Of a stretch of DNA of 64,000 nt, positions 54,318 through 64,000 are shown piece after piece. The stretch comes from a bacterium (GTDB taxonomy: Bacteria; UBA8248): the NCBI GenBank assembly GCA_965261085.1, contig OZ253442.1, forward strand, positions 1,952,001-2,016,000, written 5' to 3'. How positions within the stretch are numbered: the first letter of the stretch is position 1; the number at the start of each line of letters is the position of its first letter. The translations under genes and the position numbers were made by a program. The notes under the pieces were generated by a model, which was given only the letters and a program-made list of their open reading frames with translations, ran no database searches and was not told the DNA's origin.

Positions 54318-56087
54318 CTACTCCCCCTCTTTTGGCGGAATAATCGGCAGGAGCAGATAGGGGTCGCGTCCGCCGCCGGCGTGTAAGGTCACCTTGTTGT
54401 TAAAAATCGCCGCCGGGCGGGCGTCCGGATCGTTGTGCGTCATGCCGCCCGTGCCTTTGGTGGAGTAGTGGAACTGTTTTCCGAACTCGCTGAGCTCGCC
54501 CGTGTATTCATAGTCCTTCCCGCGCACGGTGAACGCCACCTGCCAGCCGGCGGGAACGACGATGCACGAGGTGACGATCTCCACGTCGCACTCATACGTC
54601 TCGCCGGGCGTGAGCTTTTCCGCCTTGTCGTGGGGATGATAGGGGCGGTAGAAGGTGCTCTTCTCAGGGTCCAGGGCGCGGTGCGAGACGCGCAGCCAGC
54701 CGTTGGCAATCGGCGTGTGCGGGTCGGTTGAGCCCATGAAGGTGAGCTCCTTGCCGTCCGGGTCGAATACGCGGACGATGATGAACAAATCGGCGTCTTC
54801 CGTCGATGAGGAGACGAAGAGTTTGGACGCCATCGGCCCCGTGATTTCAGTTTCCTCTTCCATCGGGGGCATCCTGAACGTCACGCCCTCACCCATGCCG
54901 TCATACTCGATGGTTGTTTCTCCCGCGACGGGTTCCCTGCTGAGCGCCTTGTTCTTAAGATCGAGATAGAACTTCGTCCACTGCGTGCGCGCCAGCGGCC
55001 ATTCGTTCTCGTAGCGGTGGACGAATTTCGGCCCCGGGTGGCGGACGTTGAGCGCCACGCGCGGGGTCTCCTCCCAGCCGTTGTCGATTCCTTTCAGGAA
55101 ATAGTCGAAAAAGCGCTTTTGAAGATCCAGCCCGTAGGCGCTCGAAAAGAGCGACCAATGCGAATCCCCGTGGGTTTCCAGCCACTTCTGCTCGGAGGGC
55201 GTTTCGATATAGCCGTTGAAATTCCCGCGCGGGTGAATGCCTTGTCCGCCCCAGTTCGCGCAGGTGAGAAGCGGCAGGGTGACTTTCGAGAGGTCGCCTG
55301 AGCGGTCCCGGTGCCACTGATCGTCGAAGGGATGTTTTTTGAGCTCCTGGAAAGCGTTGATGCGGTTTTGCGCGAGTTGTTCTTCCGTGAGCGTGACGGG
55401 GCCTGCGGCGGATTCTCCCGTCACGGGGTGTTTCCTCGCGTTCTCACCGCGTCCGTACTGGACGTTCATCACCTGGACCTTGGACCACTGCTCGGTGAAC
55501 TGGCTCAGGATGCCCCCGTGATAGCCCGAATCGCGGTAGGTGTCGTTCCCGCCCTCCCAGGGGATGATGGCGGTGAGGTGGGGGGGCTTTCGGCCCGCGA
55601 TGCGCCACTGGTTGCGCGAGTAGTAGGAGATGCCCAGCATCCCCACCTTGCCGTTGCTCCACTCCTGCACGCCCGCCCACTCGATGCACTCATAGAGGTC
55701 GTCGATCTCCCGGGGCGAGTTGGGCTGCATGAAGCCGGGAGACCAGCCCGCCCCGCGCGAGTCCACGCGAACGCAGACGTAGCCGTGCGGAATCCAGCAC
55801 TCGGGGTCCGTCACCTCCCAGTTCTGGTATTTGTTGGTGGACATTTCGAGAATTTCCGGATAATCCACCACCATCTTGTTCCACTGGTGGTGATAGCCCT
55901 CCTGGTAGGCCACCCCCTTGGCGTAGATGCCGTAGGTCAGGATGACGGGGTATTTCCCCTCCTCGATGGGCCGGAAAACGTCGGCGCGAAGCACGAGGCC
56001 GTCGTCCATCTCGATGGGCTGGTGCCAGGTGATTCGCATTCCGTCGCGATCCTCGGTTCGTGTGTTTACTTGGGGGGCCTCACTCAT
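54318..56087 (-). CDS. CocE/NonD family serine hydrolase
   Basis: M.DG.VLRADVFRP, D.RG.G.S.G and WSNGKVGMLGISYY motifs. Confidence 0.9.
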   Translation of the reverse strand: MSEAPQVNTRTEDRDGMRITWHQPIEMDDGLVLRADVFRPIEEGKYPVILTYGIYAKGVAYQEGYHHQWNKMVVDYPEILEMSTNKYQNWEVTDPECWIPHGYVCVRVDSRGAGWSPGFMQPNSPREIDDLYECIEWAGVQEWSNGKVGMLGISYYSRNQWRIAGRKPPHLTAIIPWEGGNDTYRDSGYHGGILSQFTEQWSKVQVMNVQYGRGENARKHPVTGESAAGPVTLTEEQLAQNRINAFQELKKHPFDDQWHRDRSGDLSKVTLPLLTCANWGGQGIHPRGNFNGYIETPSEQKWLETHGDSHWSLFSSAYGLDLQKRFFDYFLKGIDNGWEETPRVALNVRHPGPKFVHRYENEWPLARTQWTKFYLDLKNKALSREPVAGETTIEYDGMGEGVTFRMPPMEEETEITGPMASKLFVSSSTEDADLFIIVRVFDPDGKELTFMGSTDPHTPIANGWLRVSHRALDPEKSTFYRPYHPHDKAEKLTPGETYECDVEIVTSCIVVPAGWQVAFTVRGKDYEYTGELSEFGKQFHYSTKGTGGMTHNDPDARPAAIFNNKVTLHAGGGRDPYLLLPIIPPKEGE

Positions 56088-56152
56088 GCGTAGTTCCTTT
56101 CATTGGCTTTGAAAAAACGGATTCTCATCATTTTGTTCCGGTTGCGCCGCGC

Positions 56153-56863
56153 CTAGACGCTGATGGAATCGCCCGGCTCCATCACGGTTATCTCCGGCGA
56201 AAGTCCCCGCGCCGCGACTTCTTCTGCGAACTGCTCCGGCGTGCCCGTGAGCGGCGGGAAGGTCGAATGGTGGATGGGCACGACCCGCTGTGCGCCTAAG
56301 AGCTCGACGGCCAGGGCCGCCTCGCGCGGGTCCATCGTGAACCGGCTGCCGATGGGCAGGAGGCACAGATCGGGCGCATACAGGTCGCCGATGATCTTCA
56401 TGTCGCCGAAAACGGCGGTATCCCCCGCGTGGTAGACCCTCTTGCCATCCTCGAAGGTCAAAATGAGGCCCGCAGGCTCTCCGGCGTAGACGCCCGGATC
56501 GTTATAGCTCGAACTGTGCATGGCGTGGGTGAGCGTGACGCCGATGCCGCCGAAATCCACCGTGCCGCCCTTGCCCATCGCCCCCGCGTGCTCTTCGGCA
56601 AAACCCTCGTTCTGGGCGATCAGGTTCACCAGCTCATAGGGGCCCGCCACCGGACATCCGCCCTGGCCGTACACGTCCATGACGGCGGCGATGTGATCGA
56701 AATGGCCGTGGGTGAGGGCGATCAAGTCCGCTTTCTGCGGGCTTTGCTGATCCTCGGGGCAGCGCGGGTTTCCGTTGAGCCAGGGGTCGATGTAGAACGT
56801 CTGGCCCCCGTTTGACTGCCCGATGAAAGTGGAATGTCCCAGATATGTGAGAGTTGCGCCCAT
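56153..56863 (-). CDS. Metal-dependent hydrolase (UPF0173, MBL fold)
   Basis: YLGHS, IDPWL.GNP, THGHFDH, HSS, YHAGDT and PIH motifs. Confidence 0.9.
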   Translation of the reverse strand: MGATLTYLGHSTFIGQSNGGQTFYIDPWLNGNPRCPEDQQSPQKADLIALTHGHFDHIAAVMDVYGQGGCPVAGPYELVNLIAQNEGFAEEHAGAMGKGGTVDFGGIGVTLTHAMHSSSYNDPGVYAGEPAGLILTFEDGKRVYHAGDTAVFGDMKIIGDLYAPDLCLLPIGSRFTMDPREAALAVELLGAQRVVPIHHSTFPPLTGTPEQFAEEVAARGLSPEITVMEPGDSISV

Positions 56864-57052
56864 GATAATCCTCCGTATCGGTTTGCGGGTTTCGGCATCG
56901 ACCGCAAGCGGGCTTCTTTTGCGGCGTCGGTTTGTGTTCCAATGCTCAAAGAATCGAATGTTCGAATTCGGCGCATTATAGTCCCGAATATCTCTTCGTG
57001 AAAGAGTTTGCGGGGGTTTAGCGTCATTCCGGGTTTTCGGGCGCGCGTGAGG

Positions 57053-57535
57053 ATGAAAAGCGTGAAGACAAGGCCCATGAGAATCGACGACGTAGAGCAG
57101 GTGTACGCCATCGAGCAACGCTCCTTTCCGCTTCCGTGGTCGAGAGAAAGTTTTATCCGGGAGATATGCGAGATCGATAATTCCCACCTTCTTGTCGTGA
57201 CGGAAGATGGAGACCGCTCAGGCTCCCCCGAAGACTCAGGCGCCGGCGTGATGGGTTACGCCTGCTGGTGGGAGGTGGTGGGTGAGTGTCACGTCACGAA
57301 TTTCGCGGTCGCGCCCGCACACAGGCGAAGGGGGGTGGCTGATTTCCTGCTCGAAAGAATTCTCGAGGACGCGAGGGGTAGGGGCCTCGTTCGCGCGACG
57401 CTCGAGGTGCGCCTGGGCAACGCCGCCGCCATCGCCTTGTATGAGAAATGGGGGTTCACGGCGGCGGCCATGCGCCCGCGCTATTATCCCGACAACCGCG
57501 AAGACGCCCTGGTGATGTGGAAAGAAAGAATTTGA
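57053..57535 (+). CDS. rimI: Ribosomal protein S18 alanine N-acetyltransferase
   Basis: F..PWS, TLEVR.GN..AI.LYEK.GF and RYYPDNREDA..M motifs. Confidence 0.88.
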   Translation: MKSVKTRPMRIDDVEQVYAIEQRSFPLPWSRESFIREICEIDNSHLLVVTEDGDRSGSPEDSGAGVMGYACWWEVVGECHVTNFAVAPAHRRRGVADFLLERILEDARGRGLVRATLEVRLGNAAAIALYEKWGFTAAAMRPRYYPDNREDALVMWKERI

Positions 57536-57631
57536 AGCGGCACTTAAATCTCTAATGACAAACATATTGTAATTTGTTAGATTAGGCGCGCGTGACATGG
57601 ATTCACGCCCAAAAAGAGCGCGGGATTTCTC

Positions 57632-58255
57632 ATGATTTCCTTCACCATGCCCGATATCGCCATCGCCATCCTCGTCGGTGGGTTCCTCATTCGCGGTTGC
57701 GTGCGCGGTTTTTTTCGCGAAGCATTCTCCGTGGTCGCGCTCGGAATCGCGGTTCTCATCACCATGCAGTTCAGCGGCCTCGCGCTCTCTTACGCCTCCT
57801 ATTTCCTCGGGGAGAGGGCCTGGCTCGATTCGCTCACCAAACCGATGCTCTTCCTGGGCTCATGGGTGATTTCCGCCTGGTTCTTCCGCATGATGTTCGG
57901 CGTTTTGTCGATCGCCGCGCCCGCATTGTTCTCGCGGCTCGGCGGCGGCCTCTTCGGGTGCGTCAAGGGGGCCTTTTTCGTCGGCCTGGGGTTGACGGCT
58001 CTCGATGCCCATGCACCCGGCTTTTCGCCCGGCAGCGGCGGCGGACATACGCTCGTGCCCTATATGCGGCAGGTGAGCGCCTATATCGAAAGGCTCGACC
58101 TCGTGGATATCGAGGAGAAGATAAACGCCGTCAAGGAGAAACTCGACGAGAAGCTCGACTCGGCCAAAGAGGGCGTCCAGAGCATGAAGAATAAACTCGA
58201 TGGCGGGGCGAGCGGCGCGAGCGGGGAGGGCGGGGTAAGGGAGTTGAAGAGGTAG
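57632..58255 (+). CDS. cvpA: CvpA family membrane protein
   Basis: D...RG..RGF.RE..S and R..G.LFG..KG motifs. Confidence 0.8.
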   Translation: MISFTMPDIAIAILVGGFLIRGCVRGFFREAFSVVALGIAVLITMQFSGLALSYASYFLGERAWLDSLTKPMLFLGSWVISAWFFRMMFGVLSIAAPALFSRLGGGLFGCVKGAFFVGLGLTALDAHAPGFSPGSGGGHTLVPYMRQVSAYIERLDLVDIEEKINAVKEKLDEKLDSAKEGVQSMKNKLDGGASGASGEGGVRELKR

Positions 58256-58431
58256 GGGGGGTAGGCTAGTTAATGTGATGAGTGAGTGAAAATCTGATAA
58301 CGGTCATTTCAGTTTGACTCCTTGTAACTCCACAATGTCACAACAAGATTCGCAAAAAGTTTGCTTGAGCTACATCTTGCATTCTAAGTGAGGGATGCGG
58401 AGTTAATTCTCGACATGAAAGGCGATGCCAC

Positions 58432-59676
58432 ATGACATGGGGCGGTTCTCTACAAAGGAATTATCTGTTTTCAGAATATGAAATATCTTCCCTGCTTACA
58501 GGGCAGGAGAAAGCTGTGCGCGACGAGGTTGCTTCCATTGATGGGAATCGTCTGCTCAACACAAGCGTTGACGACTTATGTGGATACTTCGTTAAAAAAT
58601 ATAGACTTCATCCACCTATCTTGTTGGAGGATAAGGCTGTCGTCGATCCGCAAGAAACGCAGATCGATGTCAGTCAGGACCCTGACCGCTTTGTTCGGGA
58701 TCCCTCGCGTCCACTCTACGTAACTGGTACTCGGGTCACATTTGAAATCCCTATTGAAGGGGACGCCAATTTCTTCAAGGTCCAAGCCAGCACTTCTACC
58801 TATTCACCTCCCGTAGCTGATATCCAGGGCAACACCCTTTTGCTGAGTGTATCTGGAACTAATCTAACCCCCGAGGGTACGAAATCCCAGATAGATCGAT
58901 CGCTGGATGAAATAAAACAGCATCTTGGTTGGATTGAAAACGATGTGAAGCCGTTTAATGAGCGACTCGAATCCTTGGCGAGGGAAGCAATTAAAGCTCG
59001 TCGACAGAAATTGCTCGCTGATCAAAATCTGGTCGCCTCTCTTGGATTTCCATTAAAACGACGTGACGATGCTCCAACAACCTATGTGGCACCCGAAGTG
59101 CGTCGCAAGGCCATTCCAGAGTTGCCAAAGGCAAGTTCGACCCCATTCCAACCTGAGCCCGAACTTGATATGGAGAACTATGAGCACATACTGAAAGTGT
59201 GTTCCAACATGGTGCAGGTCATGGAGCGGAGCCCGAGCGCGTTCCCGGACATGAAGGAGGAAGATCTTCGGACCCACTTTTTGGTTCAGTTGAACGGTCA
59301 TTATGAAGGAAAGGCTACAGGAGAAACCTTCAATTTTTCAGGCAAGACAGATATATTGATTCGGGAGCAAGATCGGAACATCTTCATCGCTGAGTGCAAA
59401 TTTTGGAGCGGTCCGAAGGGATTGCTTGAGACTATTGATCAAATCCTTGGCTACGCGAATTGGCGCGACACCAAGACGGCCATTCTGCTCTTTAACCGCA
59501 ATAAGAACTTCAGCCGGATTTTGGAGGAAATTCCCAAAATTGTTGAAAGCCACCCTAAATGTAAACGTCAGCGGGAATATGCATCGGAAACCAGTTTCAG
59601 GTTTACCTTAGGGCATAAAGATGACGAAAATCGCGAACTCCTTTTGACAATTTTCGCGTTTAATGTCCCGAAGTGA
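58432..59676 (+). CDS. Low-GC hypothetical protein with a C-terminal PD-(D/E)XK-like nuclease motif
   Basis: EEDLR...GETFN.SGKTDILI......FIAECKFW...IDQILGY. Confidence 0.6.
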   Translation: MTWGGSLQRNYLFSEYEISSLLTGQEKAVRDEVASIDGNRLLNTSVDDLCGYFVKKYRLHPPILLEDKAVVDPQETQIDVSQDPDRFVRDPSRPLYVTGTRVTFEIPIEGDANFFKVQASTSTYSPPVADIQGNTLLLSVSGTNLTPEGTKSQIDRSLDEIKQHLGWIENDVKPFNERLESLAREAIKARRQKLLADQNLVASLGFPLKRRDDAPTTYVAPEVRRKAIPELPKASSTPFQPEPELDMENYEHILKVCSNMVQVMERSPSAFPDMKEEDLRTHFLVQLNGHYEGKATGETFNFSGKTDILIREQDRNIFIAECKFWSGPKGLLETIDQILGYANWRDTKTAILLFNRNKNFSRILEEIPKIVESHPKCKRQREYASETSFRFTLGHKDDENRELLLTIFAFNVPK

Positions 59677-59743
59677 TACTTGGTTAAAGTGGGGATCGCG
59701 TGAAAAAACGCAATCCCTCCCTCCTCGGTCAGTATTGGCCCCC

Positions 59744-60151
59744 TCAACACCCCATCACTTGCGCGTGGCCCTGCCCGCCGTATTCGAGCAGGCGGGCGTC
59801 GCGCGTCACCAGCGTGTAGCCGAACTCCCGAACCGTGGCGAGGAGAATGCGGTCTGCCGGGTCGGCGGGAGGGTCGCCGGGGAGGCCGGCCGAAGCGATC
59901 AGCACCGAAGGCGGCAACTCGGCCAGCGCGACGCTAGGCAACGCGCAGAAGCGCTCGAACCAGATATCGGGACTCATGGCGAGCGCGATTTTTCCCTTCG
60001 CGGCGAGGGTGGCGATTTCCCGTGCGCTCATGGGGGAGACGAAAAGCTCTCCATCACGCGCTTTGGGCAATTCGCTCGCGGCGGGCTCAAGGAGGCGCGC
60101 GCCTTCGGCAATCCAAATCACCGCGCAGGTATCGAGGAGAAAGGCAGGCAT
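59744..60151 (-). CDS. VapC-type PIN domain toxin
   Basis: LLDTC, S.MS..EI, DPADR...A and LVTRD motifs. Confidence 0.88.
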   Translation of the reverse strand: MPAFLLDTCAVIWIAEGARLLEPAASELPKARDGELFVSPMSAREIATLAAKGKIALAMSPDIWFERFCALPSVALAELPPSVLIASAGLPGDPPADPADRILLATVREFGYTLVTRDARLLEYGGQGHAQVMGC

Positions 60152-60157
60152 GGTGGG

Positions 60158-60562
60158 CTATCGCGCGGCGTCCCATTCCTCATCGGCGGGGGAAGTCAAG
60201 TCTACGCCCGGCGCGATCGTCACCGTGCCCTTGAGCGCACCGAAGATAGTCGGGAAATAACCGGCATCGGTCGCTTCTGAGGTGTCGGCCCCGTTTGGAG
60301 CTTCTCGCCCGTGGCTGGTCTTTGTCGATGATTTTCGGAATACCAGTTTGCGGCCCGCCATGTCCACCGTCTTGTAGCCCGCATCGATCCAGGCGTGGGT
60401 GATGACGCTGTTCGTGGGGTTGTTCGACCACCACGCGCGATACTTGAAGGCCGAAGGCGGCAGCTTCACTCCGACGATGCGCTCGATTCCATCGAACGAG
60501 ATGGGCACCGACGCCCGCCCGGATGCGCGAAGATGAGCCGTCAAAGGTTCGTATTTGGACAT
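60158..60562 (-). CDS. Putative antitoxin: DUF7662-like N-terminal domain plus a VapB-like tail
   Basis: SKYEPL..HL...F..IE.I.G..LP.SA....WWSN...AW..AG, then FGALKGTVTI..GVDLT.P..EEW; ends 6 bp before vapC. Confidence 0.6.
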   Translation of the reverse strand: MSKYEPLTAHLRASGRASVPISFDGIERIVGVKLPPSAFKYRAWWSNNPTNSVITHAWIDAGYKTVDMAGRKLVFRKSSTKTSHGREAPNGADTSEATDAGYFPTIFGALKGTVTIAPGVDLTSPADEEWDAAR

Positions 60563-60699
60563 GGAGGAGGCTCCGAATAGTTAGTGTTGATTTTTTTTTA
60601 ACAAATCAACATATCTGTCAAATGAAAACGATAGCTTTCGTTTCGGTGGGTGGTTCTCTGATGAGCGAAGTCGCCTCGCCTAAGCGCCACGCCCTGCGC

Positions 60700-61107
60700 T
60701 CATGAACTCAATGTCTCCACCAACACCGCTCCTTCCATCTGCGCCGCTCCCCTGTCGAAGGTGTAGAGGGGGGCGGCTCCGCGCCGGTTGGCGGCCGCTA
60801 CGATCATGAGGTCGGAAAAACCGGGGCCGCCTCTCCGGTAGCTGAAGGCGGCGCGGGCCACGTCGTCGGCCGCCTCGAGTTCTAATTCCTCGGTGGCGAC
60901 CAACTCTTCCAGCACCGCCGCAATCCGCTCACGGGAGAACCGATACGCCCGCTCCAGCACCCAGACGAGTTCGACCGCAACCTCGCGGCAGACGAAACCG
61001 GGCCTCTCGGCGGTAAGCCCCGCCAGCAACGCTTGGGCCGCTTCGGCCTGCCCCGCGTCGTCGGCCACCAAGTACCGGACCAGGACGTTCGTATCGAGCG
61101 CGATCAC
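60700..61107 (-). CDS. VapC-type PIN domain toxin
   Basis: ALDTNVLVRYL, ELVWVL, FSD.MI and YTFD motifs. Confidence 0.9.
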   Translation of the reverse strand: MIALDTNVLVRYLVADDAGQAEAAQALLAGLTAERPGFVCREVAVELVWVLERAYRFSRERIAAVLEELVATEELELEAADDVARAAFSYRRGGPGFSDLMIVAAANRRGAAPLYTFDRGAAQMEGAVLVETLSS

Positions 61108-61337
61108 GCCTCACCGGCCCCTTCGGCGATAGCGCGCTCCATGTCTTCCAGTGTTCTGGGCGGGCCGTCGTGTTTGAGCGCGCCGAACAGCCGGGCGAGG
61201 GGCCGTACCGGCAGAATGCGCACCTCATCGCCCGAGACGACGTAGCGCACGCGATCACCGGGCCGCACGCCGAGCGCCTCCCGTACGGACTTTGGCAGCG
61301 TCGTCTGGCCCTTGGACGTAATCGTGGATTCAATCAT
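61104..61337 (-). CDS. AbrB/MazE-type antitoxin
   Basis: ITSKGQ.TLPK.VRE.LG..PGD motif; GTGA overlap with the toxin. Confidence 0.9.
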   Translation of the reverse strand: MIESTITSKGQTTLPKSVREALGVRPGDRVRYVVSGDEVRILPVRPLARLFGALKHDGPPRTLEDMERAIAEGAGEA

Positions 61338-61559
61338 CTGCGGAACCCTCCTATTCCTTACAATATATAATAATGCCTTACTTTATGTAAATTACAAGGA
61401 GAAATGGAATTCGAGTTTCCCTCTCATATGCATAGGAGTAATCCAGTGCGATTTGAGGTCATGCCCGATTCAAGGGGTACTTCACCAAGCCGCCATGCAT
61501 TACTCCGCATTCGCCGTGGTGGGGTTTTCGTCGGGATGGGGCACAATCCCTTCCTCATC

Positions 61560-63081
61560 GGGGTTGTTGAAAAACCCCTGACTCTATGCTTGGATGTATG
61601 GATATTACGCGCCCGAGAAGGGAATATCCGCGATGTTGGGACGCAAGAACCGCGCCCAGATGGATTTGTTCATCACCGGTTCGCTGGAGAGGTTGATTCC
61701 CGAGGATCACATATTGGCCCGCGTGAACCGCGTTCTGGACCTGAGTTGGCTGCGCGAGGAAGTGGCGGATTGTTATTGCGCGGACAACGGCCGTCCTGGG
61801 ATCGACCCCGAAGTGGCGGTTCGGTTGATGTTGGCGGGCCTTCTGCTGGGGTTCGTGCACGACCGTCGGTTGATGCGCGAGGCGCAGGTGAACATCGCGA
61901 TCCGGTGGTTCATCGGTTACGGGCTGGAGGATCGGCTGCCGGATCATTCGAGCCTGACGCGGATACGGCAGCGCTGGGGGGAGGCCCGGTTCCGGGAGAT
62001 ATTCCGCCGCACGGTCCGTGCGTGCCTGGATGCGAAGGTGGCCAAGGCCGAAGTCGTGCACGTGGACGCCTCATTGATCCGCGCGGACGTGAGTTGGGAG
62101 AGTCTGGTGGAGCGTCACGTGGACGAGGTGATAGCGGAGAACCCCGTCGAGGAGGAGGCCGGGAAGAAGGGTGGAGGAGGCCGCCGTGGCGGGGGTTCCG
62201 GGAAGGTGAGCCGGACGGACCCGGACGCGCGGCTGGCGAGAACGGGCGGGGGATTCGAGCCGAGCTACAAGCAGCACGCTGTGGTGGACGACACGCGCGG
62301 GGTGGTGCTCGACGTATCGGTGACGGAGGGTACGGTGAACGAGCGTGAGGTGCTCGAATCGCAGGTGGAAGCGGTATGCGAGGTATCGGGGCGCGCGCCC
62401 GCGATGGTGACGGCGGACTCTGGCTACGCCTACTCGAAGGTCTACGCGGCCCTGGAGCGCCGGGGTGTGGCCGCGCTCATTCCGGCGAAGAGGGAACCCT
62501 CGCAGAGCCGTGTTCCGTTGCGCCTGTTCCGCTACGACGCGCGGCACGACATCGTGAAGTGTCCGCGCGGCAAGATACTGAGCCCCCGTCGGCCCGCAAA
62601 GGGGGGGCGTTATTATCGTTCGAAGACCCGTGATTGCGCGGGCTGCGCGCTTCGCGAGGATTGCCTGCCGAAGGCGTGGTCGAGCAAGGTGGTGTTGGTT
62701 CCGCATGCGTATCCGGCGCTGTTGCGCGCGCGCCGGCGCCATGCGCGATGGAGGGAGGAGGAGCGGCGGATGTACCGGCGTCATATGTGGCGCTCGGAGG
62801 GCTACCACGGCGAGGCGAAGACCTGGCACGGGCTTGCGCGCGCGGTGCGGCGCGGTCTTGAGAACATGAAGATACAGTCCTACCTGACGGCGGCGGCGAT
62901 CAACCTCAAGCGGCTCTCCGCCGCACTTGCTGCAAGGTTATTCGCCCTCTGGAGGGCCTGGTCGGCCCGGGAAGAGCCTCTGTGCGTCCATCGCGGCCTC
63001 GCAAGCTGCGCGGGCTTCCTGTCCGCCGCCGCGTGACCCTCCATACCGCCCGCTCCCGAAACCGGGTTATTCAACAACCCC
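61560..63081 (+). mobile_element. Complete IS1182-family insertion sequence with a 5-bp target duplication (TCATC)
   Basis: 18-bp IRs GGGGTTGTTGAAAAACCC / GGGTTATTCAACAACCCC (1 mismatch); TCATC at 61555-61559 and 63082-63086. Confidence 0.93.
61633..63036 (+). CDS. IS1182-family DDE transposase
   Basis: L.PEDH.L, GRP.IDP, PDHSSL.R.R, VDAS, TDPDA, ADSGY, CP.G...C..C and E....E.K..HG..RA..RG motifs. Confidence 0.92.
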   Translation: MLGRKNRAQMDLFITGSLERLIPEDHILARVNRVLDLSWLREEVADCYCADNGRPGIDPEVAVRLMLAGLLLGFVHDRRLMREAQVNIAIRWFIGYGLEDRLPDHSSLTRIRQRWGEARFREIFRRTVRACLDAKVAKAEVVHVDASLIRADVSWESLVERHVDEVIAENPVEEEAGKKGGGGRRGGGSGKVSRTDPDARLARTGGGFEPSYKQHAVVDDTRGVVLDVSVTEGTVNEREVLESQVEAVCEVSGRAPAMVTADSGYAYSKVYAALERRGVAALIPAKREPSQSRVPLRLFRYDARHDIVKCPRGKILSPRRPAKGGRYYRSKTRDCAGCALREDCLPKAWSSKVVLVPHAYPALLRARRRHARWREEERRMYRRHMWRSEGYHGEAKTWHGLARAVRRGLENMKIQSYLTAAAINLKRLSAALAARLFALWRAWSAREEPLCVHRGLASCAGFLSAAA

Positions 63082-63272
63082 TCATCAGGCGGGATTGACC
63101 CGCGGCAAGCTCTACGGCATTGCCAGGAACGCAGCGCCGGACTTAGGCGAGAAGAACGACCGCAGGTGGCTTATTTGCGGAGTAAAGCGACAACGGCGGT
63201 AAAATCAGCGGGCCTTGAATCGTGGGTCCAGGTAATTCCGTAACCAGTCTCCGACCAGATGCCGCCTCCGGC

Positions 63273-64000
63273 TTAGGCCGCCGCCGTTATCCGCCGCTTG
63301 ATGAATTCGTCAAACTTTTCCACCATCTGCGGCGTGTACCTGGCCCATTCCTCCGGCGGCGCGGAATCAACGTCGAGAACCGGCATACCGAGATCGACCA
63401 GTTCGCTCCCGGGAATGAGCTTCTGGGTGTCGAACGAAGCTTCGCGCCGATGGTGGCGGTCATTCCCGCAGAACAATAGCGCGGGAACCTTTATGTTTCT
63501 CAAGTCCTCCTCGCTCGCTCCGACCATCGGCTGGTTTGCGCCCGATATGAAGGAGATCATCCAGCGCACCATGACTTCGATGAAATCCTTAGGATCCATC
63601 GCCGTCAGGATATCGCGATTTCGTGGATTTTCCCTGATGCGCTCTGAGAAGAACTCCGTTTCGCAGACTGCCTCCATGCCGCCGAGGCCGGCCGCCTTGA
63701 TATATTCGCTGTGATATTGAACGCCGAGATTCAAGGTGGCATACGCGCCTCCGGACATTTTCCAGAGCAACAACCCGGAGACGGCTTCGGGGTGACGGAT
63801 GGCGAAGGTGACCGAGGTCCGGCAGCCGGACGATACGCCGCCGGCGACGCAGGGCTGTGCGCCGAGTTGTTTCGTCAACTCGAACAGATCGTCGGCCCAT
63901 TCGTCGAACTCGGAAACACCGCCCGAGATTCCGACATCCGACGCGCCGCAATTGCGGCGATCAAAAATCAGGACGCGATAGCCCTTTCCGGCGAGCGCCT
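63273..64000 (-). CDS. Alpha/beta hydrolase (5' end lies outside the window)
   Basis: GYRVLIFDRRNCGAS, GVSSG nucleophile elbow, I.VP.L...G.D motifs. Confidence 0.8.
   Translation of the reverse strand, partial: ALAGKGYRVLIFDRRNCGASDVGISGGVSEFDEWADDLFELTKQLGAQPCVAGGVSSGCRTSVTFAIRHPEAVSGLLLWKMSGGAYATLNLGVQYHSEYIKAAGLGGMEAVCETEFFSERIRENPRNRDILTAMDPKDFIEVMVRWMISFISGANQPMVGASEEDLRNIKVPALLFCGNDRHHRREASFDTQKLIPGSELVDLGMPVLDVDSAPPEEWARYTPQMVEKFDEFIKRRITAAA

Noticed and set aside
63099-63272. Possible remnant of another antitoxin/toxin gene (GKLYGIARNAAPDLGEKNDR)
   Set aside because: The similarity is too short and vague to support without a search.

Overview
GC-rich bacterial window. The housekeeping and catabolic backbone comprises a siroheme/sulfite-reductase block, a LeuCD-like hydro-lyase, an M16 peptidase pair, a divergent SdhACB plus two-subunit fumarase-like operon, def, tRNA-Leu(GAG), an Opp-type ABC transporter, gap-pgk-tpiA-secG, a hydantoinase/oxoprolinase pair, pgi, several hydrolases, rimI and cvpA. 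Accessory patches interrupt it: an MmeI-like Type IIL R-M gene with a HEPN-like neighbour, RTX proteins, VapBC-type modules, a PD-(D/E)XK-like protein and IS1182-family elements. Signals that the ORF track misses: (1) a probable CxxU selenoprotein of the DsbA/FrnE type with a candidate SECIS hairpin (4192-4851); (2) two families of palindromic repeats, with IS1182-type elements and a MITE inserted in them, partly nested; (3) displaced duplicate 3' gene ends (MmeI-like gene, def) that bracket cargo without any integrase; (4) a compositionally foreign specificity segment inside the R-M gene; (5) a paralogous family of small membrane-anchored tandem-repeat coiled-coil proteins. No CRISPR array, rRNA, integrase or reverse transcriptase was seen. 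All product calls come from motif recognition by eye, not database searches.
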